Of a stretch of DNA of 64,000 bases, positions 47,885-55,415 are shown piece by piece. The DNA lies in the NCBI GenBank assembly GCA_002345825.1, contig DDWD01000212.1, positions 3,778 to 67,777 on the forward strand, written 5' to 3'. This stretch comes from Bacteroidales bacterium UBA2295. GTDB lineage: Bacteria > Bacteroidota > Bacteroidia > Bacteroidales > Tenuifilaceae. The position numbers were made by a program, and so were the translations under genes. Every line of letters begins with the position of its first letter. The stretch's first letter is position 1. The notes below the pieces were generated by a model. The model saw only the letters and a list, made by a program, of their open reading frames with translations. It had not been told where the DNA came from and did not search any database.

Positions 47885-48018
47885 TGTTGATTACTATTAC
47901 AATCTTAATAATTTTTTTTATTTATCTATACCTTTGGTTTTAAATTTGAGTATGCTTTGTGCAATTTTTTTTGCTGCACACCACATTTCCAAATCTAGCG
48001 TAACAAAAATATATTTGT

Positions 48019-48050
48019 CCTGTAACTTTTTTAAGAGACCACCGTCTTAC
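48019..48050 (+). promoter_or_regulatory. ECF-type promoter (CCTGTAAC-N16-CGTC) upstream of the sigma factor gene
   Basis: -35-like GTAAC at 48022-48026, a 16-nt spacer and CGTC at 48043-48046. It lies 24 nt upstream of ATG 48074. A near-identical motif occurs at 49623-49654. Confidence 0.55.
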
Positions 48051-48073
48051 AACCGAAATTTCGAAACAATAGA

Positions 48074-48559
48074 ATGACCGCCAAGGAATACAATTTATGT
48101 GTCGATAAGTTTGCCGATGGACTGTATCGTTTTGCCCTAAAAACGCTAAACGATGCCGACAGGGCTAACGATGTGGTGCAGGATTGTTTTGAGCGGCTGT
48201 GGGTAAAACACAACGATGTTGATAACACCAAGGCAAAGTCGTACCTGTTCACTTCGGCTTATCACGCTTGCATAGATGTGATTAGAGCGAATAAGCGCAG
48301 CGGGGCTATGGACGAAAGCATTGAAGATAGCCTATATACCACAACACAATATAGCGATTTGCAAGAGGTGCTGCACGAGGCGCTAAAAAAGCTATCGGAA
48401 ATTCAGCGATCGGTAATTTTACTAAGAGACTACGAAGGATATTCGTACGAGGAGATTGGGAATATTACGGGGCTTACCGAATCGCAGGTAAAAGTTTACA
48501 TATATAGGGGGCGTTTGGCGCTTAAGCAATACATTGGACATTTAGAAACAGTAATATAG
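48074..48559 (+). CDS. RNA polymerase ECF-type sigma-70 factor
   Basis: Region 2 (DVVQDCFERLW, YLFTSAYHACID) and region 4 (RSVILLRDYEGYSYEEIGNITGLTESQVKVYIYRGR). Confidence 0.9.
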   Translation: MTAKEYNLCVDKFADGLYRFALKTLNDADRANDVVQDCFERLWVKHNDVDNTKAKSYLFTSAYHACIDVIRANKRSGAMDESIEDSLYTTTQYSDLQEVLHEALKKLSEIQRSVILLRDYEGYSYEEIGNITGLTESQVKVYIYRGRLALKQYIGHLETVI

Positions 48560-48561
48560 TC

Positions 48562-49608
48562 ATGCCAATTAACAGAAACAACTACGAGGTTTACTTCATC
48601 GATTACATCGATGGCAATCTTTCGTCTTCGCAGGCAAAGGAGTTGCTGGCATTCCTCGAGCAAAACCCCGACCTGGCAGCTGAACTAAATGGTATTGACA
48701 ACGCACACCTACAACCCATTGAAAGTCCATATTCAAAAAGTGAGTTTTTAAAAAAGGATTTACAGTGGGGTGTAGCGAACCGATTAGATTACCTATGCAT
48801 TGCAAAAATTGAGGGCGATATATGTAACGAAGAGGAGAGCGAGTTGCAGGAACTTTTAGTAGCCAGCTCTGTGGCAAAATCTGACTTTGCCTCTTTTGAA
48901 AAATCGAGGCTACTTGCTGACTCAAAAATTGCTTTCTCAAATAAATCGGCTATAAAGCATATTAACATTCTAGGCCTCACCTACAAAACCATTTGGGCCT
49001 TAGGTTCCAGTGTGGCTGCTGTATTTATAGTTTTATTTGGATTAGCCATAGGGCTTAATAGATTTTCCAAAATGCCCGATCAGCCTCTGGCCTTGAGCAG
49101 CAAAAATAATGATGGAATTGAAAAAGCTATTGAACCGATTGAAATTGAGAATAGCATAAAAAAACCACAGGTTGAAATGCCCACTGCTGATATTGTTGAA
49201 AAACACTCACAACCCATACCAGTTAAGGCGTCATCGGCAAAGACCACAGATCAGGACCAACCCGAACCCTCTAGATTTGTGGCCGACAATAAAATTGAAG
49301 TAATCTCGAGAATTGAACTAGCCTCAATACCACAATCGGTAACAATAGAGGATAGCAAAGCCCTACTAGCAATGGCGGGTATTTCGGTAAATTCGGTGGC
49401 AAATTCCCAAAAGAGTAATATTCAAAAGCAATCTGGCGTCCGCGAGATTGGCCTCTTTGAGCTAGCTCAAATGGGCTTCGACCGGCTATCGGAGGTAACT
49501 GGCAAAACCCTAAGTCTTAATGCCCATAAGGATAGTGATGGGGATATTAGAAAAATTAATTTCGAGTCGGAGCTGTTTGCCTTATCGGTTCCCGTTAGGA
49601 AAAAATAA
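48562..49608 (+). CDS. Putative anti-sigma factor (single-pass membrane protein)
   Basis: Starts 3 nt after the sigma gene. Cytoplasmic N-terminal ~135 aa, one TM helix (IWALGSSVAAVFIVLFGLAIGL) and a low-complexity C-terminal part. Assigned from context only. Confidence 0.5.
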   Translation: MPINRNNYEVYFIDYIDGNLSSSQAKELLAFLEQNPDLAAELNGIDNAHLQPIESPYSKSEFLKKDLQWGVANRLDYLCIAKIEGDICNEEESELQELLVASSVAKSDFASFEKSRLLADSKIAFSNKSAIKHINILGLTYKTIWALGSSVAAVFIVLFGLAIGLNRFSKMPDQPLALSSKNNDGIEKAIEPIEIENSIKKPQVEMPTADIVEKHSQPIPVKASSAKTTDQDQPEPSRFVADNKIEVISRIELASIPQSVTIEDSKALLAMAGISVNSVANSQKSNIQKQSGVREIGLFELAQMGFDRLSEVTGKTLSLNAHKDSDGDIRKINFESELFALSVPVRKK

Positions 49609-49622
49609 GAATTTGCCAAGAG

Positions 49623-49654
49623 CCTGTAACTTTTAGTTTAGCTCACCGTCATAC
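49623..49654 (+). promoter_or_regulatory. Second copy of the ECF-type promoter (CCTGTAAC-N16-CGTC) upstream of the OMP gene
   Basis: CCTGTAACTTTT and CACCGTC[A/T]TACA are shared with 48019-48050. The spacer is again 16 nt. It lies 49 nt upstream of ATG 49703. Confidence 0.55.
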
Positions 49655-49702
49655 AGCAAAATTATCAACCAAAATTTTATTAATCACTAAAGAAAATTGA
49701 AT

Positions 49703-50662
49703 ATGAAATTACTATTAACAACACTGCTGCTGGCCGTTTACACAACCTTTTCGATGGCCCAAAATGATAGCCTAAAAGTTTTAAGAGAATTGGAGGAATC
49801 TGACACTACAAAAACCACTATGCAAGACACCTCCAAATTGGGCAAAACAGTCAAGGCACTTGCAGGAGAAACAAACAAGGATACCACAAAAATTAGAATT
49901 GGGAAACGGGAAGTTATTATTATTGAAAAAGATGGAACCACTTCGATTGAAATCCCCGAATCTGGCGATAAGCATACCTTTGACATCGATACAGACAAAG
50001 ATTTTACCTACAAGCGTAAACCAAAGTTTAAAGGCCATTGGGCTGGATTTGAATGGGGTTTCAACGGCTTTATGGATGCTGATCAATCGATCAACATGCA
50101 GGATGATCTTAAATATCTTGAACTTAAACAGGGTCGTTCATGGAATTTTAATCTTAACTTCTTGCAGTACAGCTTTGGGTTTGGTACCGATAAGGTTGGG
50201 TTAGTAACCGGTTTGGGTTTTGAGTTTAATAATTACCACTTCAGAAACGGGAATTCTATTGAAGTGGTTGACGGGCAAACGGTAGCAGACAACTCGTATT
50301 TAACAGATCCCGGTATAATTGTCACCAAGTCTCGATTATCAACAACTTACATCACCGCCCCATTGTTACTCGAGTTCCAGATTCCAACAAGCTATAGGCA
50401 TAGAATATATTTCTCGGCAGGAGTTGTAGGGGGTGTAAAAATTGGTTCAAACACCAAGGTGGTATACGAGGGTGTAAACAAAGGAAAAGATAAGATTCGT
50501 GACGACTTCAACATCTCTCCCTTTCGATATGGAATCACATCTCGCATAGGATATCGTGGACTGAGCCTATTTGCTACCTACTACCCAGTGCAGTTCTTCG
50601 AAAAAAACAAGGGTGATGAGGTGTATCCTTTCAGCATTGGCTTGAGACTCCTAAACTTCTAA
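49703..50662 (+). CDS. Outer membrane beta-barrel protein (porin-family/OmpA-barrel-like), probable ECF regulon member
   Basis: Signal peptide (..TFSMAQ), a charged linker, then amphipathic beta strands. C-terminus ..IGLRLLNF. Confidence 0.7.
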   Translation: MKLLLTTLLLAVYTTFSMAQNDSLKVLRELEESDTTKTTMQDTSKLGKTVKALAGETNKDTTKIRIGKREVIIIEKDGTTSIEIPESGDKHTFDIDTDKDFTYKRKPKFKGHWAGFEWGFNGFMDADQSINMQDDLKYLELKQGRSWNFNLNFLQYSFGFGTDKVGLVTGLGFEFNNYHFRNGNSIEVVDGQTVADNSYLTDPGIIVTKSRLSTTYITAPLLLEFQIPTSYRHRIYFSAGVVGGVKIGSNTKVVYEGVNKGKDKIRDDFNISPFRYGITSRIGYRGLSLFATYYPVQFFEKNKGDEVYPFSIGLRLLNF

Positions 50663-50692
50663 TAAACAAAGCAGTAACCGTATACAGAAAAG

Positions 50693-50720
50693 GCTTCTCC
50701 TTTAAGGAGAGGCTTTTTTT
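50693..50720 (+). terminator. Rho-independent terminator
   Basis: 8-bp stem (GCTTCTCC / GGAGAGGC, including one G-U pair), loop TTTAA, followed by TTTTTTT. Confidence 0.65.
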
Positions 50721-50743
50721 GTTTAATATTTAACCTATATAAC

Positions 50744-50751
50744 TATATTTG
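50744..50751 (+). promoter_or_regulatory. -7 promoter box TATATTTG
   Basis: TAnnTTTG match 30 nt upstream of ATG 50782. The ORF-track start at 50749 lies inside the box. Confidence 0.5.
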
Positions 50752-50781
50752 CGGGGTATAGTTCACCAAAACTATCAGCCA

Positions 50782-52800
50782 ATGGTCAGATTTTTCACCA
50801 CCCTTATAATGCTAGCAACATTGTCCTGCCTTGGTAGCTGGGCCAATAGCATTAACCACATCGATAGCCTTAAGCAACTAGAAAAGTCTGCACCACATGA
50901 CTCCATTAGGATAAAAATTCTTAGCGAAATAGCCATAGCATATTCCGACAGCTCATACGCTAAAAGCATAAACACTTGGAAAGAGGCGCTTGCAATTGCT
51001 AATAAGCTTAGAGATAGGCAGCAGATGGGCGACATCCATCATCAAATTGGATACATACTTTACCAACAGGGAGAGTTTAAAAACGCACTGCAAGAGTATA
51101 ACAACGCTTTGTCGGTATACAACTACATTAGCAATAAGCAGGAAGTTGCAAGAGTATATAACGATATTGGTCTTGTATACAAAACCTGGGGACGATACGA
51201 ACTTGCCATTGAAAGTTTTATAAAAGGGCTTGAACTGTTTGAGGAGATACCTGATGAGGAGGGTATGGCAATGGTCTCTAACAATATAGGGCAAATACAT
51301 TTTTTTAGGGAAGATTATAATAAAGCCATTAGCTACTTCAACACATATTTAACCATAAACGAGCAAAACAAACGTCCCCGAGCAGTAGCTGGAGCATCCA
51401 ATAATATCGCAGCAGCATATATGGAGCTTAAGAACTACAACCAAGCCTTAAGCTACTACAACAAATCATTAAGTATTTACGATTCCCTTGACCTAACGAT
51501 TGGTGTAGCAATTCTAAGCGACAACATAGGTATGCTACATACTAATAAAAATAATTTTAAAGAAGCGCTAAAACATCATTTTAAGGCGCTTAAACTTTTC
51601 AACTCGCTCAATAGCCAATCGCGCATATCGTATACCCTAAAAAATATTGGTGTTGCCTACTACATGTTAGGCGATTATAACAATTCAGATAAATATTTAC
51701 TTCAAGCTAAAGATCTCGCAATACACTACCAGCAGAAAGAAACCGAGAAGGAAATATATTACAACCTCTGCAATGTTTACGAGGCAAAGAAACAACCAGC
51801 AAAAGCCCTTAAATACTACAAGCTGATGACAGCAATAAAAGATTCGCTGTTTACTGCTGAAACAACCAAGAACATCGCATCAATTGAACTACAATACGAA
51901 GCGGAAAAGAAAGAAAGAGAATTCAGGTACATACAACAAAAACTTGAACAGCAAAAAATGTTTAGGGTCATCACTGGCTCAATAATTATAATCATATTGG
52001 CCCTTATGGTTTTGCTGATAATTGACAATAACCGAAAGAGAGTGTTGATTAGCAAGCTATACCAACGCAAACTTTTTTTGATGCAAACCCTTGAGCACTG
52101 TATCGAAAACAGGTTGGGCCGACATGAACCTGGTGAAAGTTTGCCCATACACACAACAATTTTACCAAAAACCGTTGGTTCTCAACCGGAATGCCAATTA
52201 GCAATATACAATAGCCCAGAACTAAAAATTATAATAACACTTTGGTCTCAAGTTCCAGAAGTTCCTTTGACCATTATCAAAGCGTTTCTTCTTAATGAAC
52301 TACCAAAAAATCATAATAACAATAACCCGAAACAACCTAAAGACTTAATTGAACTAATACAAAGTAAGTTTCTATTTACTATGGATTTGTTCGACATTAA
52401 ACCCCACGATATCCTGCATACAGTTCTAGTTGTTGACTGCGAAAACAGAAAGGTTGTATTTGGTTCAAAAGCTGATAAACTTTGGGTTTGTAAGTCAAGT
52501 GGTACGGAGTTAATTCACCCCAATAGTGCCATAAGTGTTGACTCGCTAAAAAACAGTGAACCATTGCTTTATGCAATAACCAGCAGTAATCATCAGAATG
52601 CAAAGGCATTTGAGGAACACCTATTTAAAACCACCACAACAGTATCGGTTAACAACATGCAAAGCAAACTTGAGGTAATCAATAGCGCTCTAGAAACATG
52701 GAATCTCTCCGAGCTCCCATCTAAACAGTTCATATACTTGGCCGTTAGCATCGATTGTGATTTGCCCATCAGCATAGCTAACGTAGGTAAATTGTCATAA
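50782..52800 (+). CDS. TPR-repeat / transmembrane protein with uncharacterised cytoplasmic C-terminal domain
   Basis: Signal/anchor, about 330 aa of TPR repeats (A..Y....L.IY type), a coiled coil and a TM helix (ITGSIIIIILALMVLLII). The remaining ~240 aa lack the PP2C motifs seen in the 12906 paralog-like protein. Confidence 0.7.
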   Translation: MVRFFTTLIMLATLSCLGSWANSINHIDSLKQLEKSAPHDSIRIKILSEIAIAYSDSSYAKSINTWKEALAIANKLRDRQQMGDIHHQIGYILYQQGEFKNALQEYNNALSVYNYISNKQEVARVYNDIGLVYKTWGRYELAIESFIKGLELFEEIPDEEGMAMVSNNIGQIHFFREDYNKAISYFNTYLTINEQNKRPRAVAGASNNIAAAYMELKNYNQALSYYNKSLSIYDSLDLTIGVAILSDNIGMLHTNKNNFKEALKHHFKALKLFNSLNSQSRISYTLKNIGVAYYMLGDYNNSDKYLLQAKDLAIHYQQKETEKEIYYNLCNVYEAKKQPAKALKYYKLMTAIKDSLFTAETTKNIASIELQYEAEKKEREFRYIQQKLEQQKMFRVITGSIIIIILALMVLLIIDNNRKRVLISKLYQRKLFLMQTLEHCIENRLGRHEPGESLPIHTTILPKTVGSQPECQLAIYNSPELKIIITLWSQVPEVPLTIIKAFLLNELPKNHNNNNPKQPKDLIELIQSKFLFTMDLFDIKPHDILHTVLVVDCENRKVVFGSKADKLWVCKSSGTELIHPNSAISVDSLKNSEPLLYAITSSNHQNAKAFEEHLFKTTTTVSVNNMQSKLEVINSALETWNLSELPSKQFIYLAVSIDCDLPISIANVGKLS

Positions 52801-52940
52801 ATAATCCTGCTAAAGCGTTTGCCTGGCTAGTCAATATGTGAGCAATTAAATTTCCCATAGTATTTCACAATTGATAAAATTGTATGTATATTGTATCTTT
52901 ATAAAAACACGTTGCTCAAACATTAAATCCACTTAATACC

Positions 52941-53645
52941 ATGAGATTACTGCTAATAAGCAATTCTACCAATGCAGGAGAGGATTACCTTCAGCACCCA
53001 ATGGGCGAAATAGCTTCATTTTTAAAAGGGGTAAAGAAAGTACTATTTCTACCCTATGCCGCTGTTACCTTTAGTTTCGACGACTACGAGAAAAAAGTAC
53101 AGAAGAAATTCAGCGAGCTCGGTATTGAGGTTGACTCGCTGCATAAGCATAAGAACGCTAAAGATACCGTTCGAAATGCTGAGGCATTTGTTGTTGGAGG
53201 CGGCAACACCTTTAGGCTTTTGAAAATGATTCAGCAGCTCGATATTATTGAAACCCTCCGCTACAAAGTGCTCGATGGAGCCCCGTATGTAGGCTGGAGC
53301 GCTGGTTCAAACGTAGCCTGCCCAACCATTTGCACAACCAACGACATGCCCATTGTTGAACCCGATAACTTTAGCGCTTTCAATCTGGTTCGTTTCCAAA
53401 TCAACCCCCATTATCTAGATGCTAACCCCGATGGGCATGCAGGAGAAACCCGCGAACAACGAATAGAAGAGTTCGTTACCATGGATCCGTTCTCATACGT
53501 TGTGGGACTTAGGGAGGGTAGTATCATTAGAGTTGAAGATGGTGATATTAGCCTAATTGGAGGCAAACCCATGAGGGTGTTTAAAAATGGGATGGCTCCC
53601 AAGGAATTCAATGCTGGTGATGATTTAGATTTTCTTTTCGAATAA
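52941..53645 (+). CDS. pepE: Dipeptidase E (peptidase S51)
   Basis: VVGGGNTFRLL, nucleophile region YVGWSAGSNV and a His region (QINPHY). Confidence 0.85.
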   Translation: MRLLLISNSTNAGEDYLQHPMGEIASFLKGVKKVLFLPYAAVTFSFDDYEKKVQKKFSELGIEVDSLHKHKNAKDTVRNAEAFVVGGGNTFRLLKMIQQLDIIETLRYKVLDGAPYVGWSAGSNVACPTICTTNDMPIVEPDNFSAFNLVRFQINPHYLDANPDGHAGETREQRIEEFVTMDPFSYVVGLREGSIIRVEDGDISLIGGKPMRVFKNGMAPKEFNAGDDLDFLFE

Positions 53646-53670
53646 AATACTGAAACAATTACACAATATG

Positions 53671-53698
53671 AAGCCACGCTTTTCGCGTGGCTTTTTTT
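53671..53698 (+). terminator. Rho-independent terminator
   Basis: AGCCACGC (53672-53679) / GCGTGGCT (53685-53692), followed by TTTTTT. Confidence 0.8.
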
Positions 53699-53722
53699 GG
53701 TTCGTAAAACCTTAATTTTTCG

Positions 53723-53730
53723 TACATTTG
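53723..53730 (+). promoter_or_regulatory. -7 promoter box TACATTTG
   Basis: TAnnTTTG match 26 nt upstream of ATG 53757. Confidence 0.5.
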
Positions 53731-53756
53731 CCCTCTTAACCCAACTCGCAAATTGT

Positions 53757-54098
53757 ATGAACGACTGGAAAGATAAGCTAAAATTTGCCTATTCAACCAA
53801 TCCTGAGTATACACCCGAAGAGCAGGAAGAACCAATCGAAACCGTTGAGCCCAGCAAACAAATCATACGCGTTTGGCTCGAAAAGAAAAACCGGGGAGGA
53901 AAAGTTGTTTCAATTGTTTCGGGCTTTGTTGGACCCGATGAGGATTTAAAAAATTTAGGGAAAATTTTAAAAAGCCGCTGTGGTGTGGGGGGCAGCGTAA
54001 AAGATGGCGAGATAATCGTTCAAGGCGATTTTCGCGATAGAATTTTGTCCATACTCAATGAACTGGGGTATAAAAATGTAAAGAAAGCTGGAGGATAA
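53757..54098 (+). CDS. Translation initiation factor SUI1/YciH family
   Basis: IRVWLEKKNRGGKVVSIVSGF..LKSRCGVGGSVKDGEIIVQGDFRD. Start moved to ATG 53757, downstream of the terminator and promoter box. Confidence 0.85.
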   Translation: MNDWKDKLKFAYSTNPEYTPEEQEEPIETVEPSKQIIRVWLEKKNRGGKVVSIVSGFVGPDEDLKNLGKILKSRCGVGGSVKDGEIIVQGDFRDRILSILNELGYKNVKKAGG

Positions 54099-54136
54099 TA
54101 CCACATCGCTTCCCTTTCTACTCTTAATCAACTTTT

Positions 54137-55408
54137 ATGATCAAACGAAATACGTTTCTGTTTCTCCTCTTGCTAACCTCTGCTTGGCCTGTGTTTGCAG
54201 GCGATACCATTAGGGTAATGCATTACAACCTGCTATACTACGATATGAACACCTCGTGGTGTACCAGCGTAAATAACAATGTGACCGAAAAAGACTCATA
54301 CCTTAAGACGATTACATCCTATTACAAGCCCGATATTTTTACTGTGAATGAAATGAACGGAAGCGTTAGCAGCGTTGACAGGATTATTGAGAATGTTTTA
54401 AACGACGATGGATCGACTAACTATAAAAGAGCAAATTACGCAGGAAGCTACCTTGTTAATATGCTTTATTACAACACCAACAGGCTTGCCCTTAAGTCGC
54501 AAACCTACATTTTAACCTCACCACGAATTACCGATGTCTATCGTTTGTACTACAAATCGGACGACTTGGCTAAGGGCGACACCATTTTCGTAACCTGTAT
54601 TGTTACTCACCTTAAGGCAGGAAGCGGATCGAGCGAAGCGGCAACCAGAGCCCAAGCCGCATTGCAAATAATGAGCCATATCGATAAGTACAATGTTGAT
54701 GACAACATCCTTTTTATGGGCGATTTTAATGTTTACACATCAGCCGAGGAGGCCTTTCAGTCGTTTATAACACCAACACCCTCTGGAGTACAAATCTTCG
54801 ATCCTATTGATGCTGTTGGTAGCTGGAATAACAATTCATACTATGCACCCTACCACACGCAGTCAACACACACATCGGGCGATTGCCACTCAGGAGGTGG
54901 TATGGATGATCGATTCGACTTTATTCTATCCTCAAAATCAATATTAGAAGGGAGTTCAAGAACAAATTACGTTAAGGATTCCTATTGGGCATATGGTCAG
55001 GATGGTAACCGTTTCAACCAATCTCTAATCAGCCCCAGTAATACAACATTGCCCAGCCACGTGCTCAACGCCCTGTACAATATGTCCGATCACCTCCCCG
55101 TAACGCTTAAACTTTATGTTGATGCAAACCCTTTAATGGGTTCAGATGTTAATATCAGCAATTCGGGTAACATTAGGGTTAAAAACCCAATTGACAATTC
55201 AATCTTGCTATGGAGCAAAAGCGACAAAGCCGAGTACGTTGAAATAATGGTTACAAACCTACTGGGAAGTGTAATGATAAGAGAAAACCTTACGCTGTAC
55301 CCCAACGAAAAATGTAGTTTCGGTGCAGCTCAGTTACCATCGGGTATATACATAATAACGGTGAAAGGTAAAAGCATCTCGTTTATTTCAAAAATCATTA
55401 AAAGATGA
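54137..55408 (+). CDS. Endonuclease/exonuclease/phosphatase (EEP) family protein with T9SS C-terminal sorting domain
   Basis: Signal peptide. EEP motifs (VMHYNL, FTVNEMN, GDFN, DRFDFIL, SDHLPV). The last ~80 aa resemble a T9SS type A CTD (..LPSGIYIITVKGKSISFISKIIK). Confidence 0.75.
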   Translation: MIKRNTFLFLLLLTSAWPVFAGDTIRVMHYNLLYYDMNTSWCTSVNNNVTEKDSYLKTITSYYKPDIFTVNEMNGSVSSVDRIIENVLNDDGSTNYKRANYAGSYLVNMLYYNTNRLALKSQTYILTSPRITDVYRLYYKSDDLAKGDTIFVTCIVTHLKAGSGSSEAATRAQAALQIMSHIDKYNVDDNILFMGDFNVYTSAEEAFQSFITPTPSGVQIFDPIDAVGSWNNNSYYAPYHTQSTHTSGDCHSGGGMDDRFDFILSSKSILEGSSRTNYVKDSYWAYGQDGNRFNQSLISPSNTTLPSHVLNALYNMSDHLPVTLKLYVDANPLMGSDVNISNSGNIRVKNPIDNSILLWSKSDKAEYVEIMVTNLLGSVMIRENLTLYPNEKCSFGAAQLPSGIYIITVKGKSISFISKIIKR

Positions 55409-55415
55409 TTAGCCT

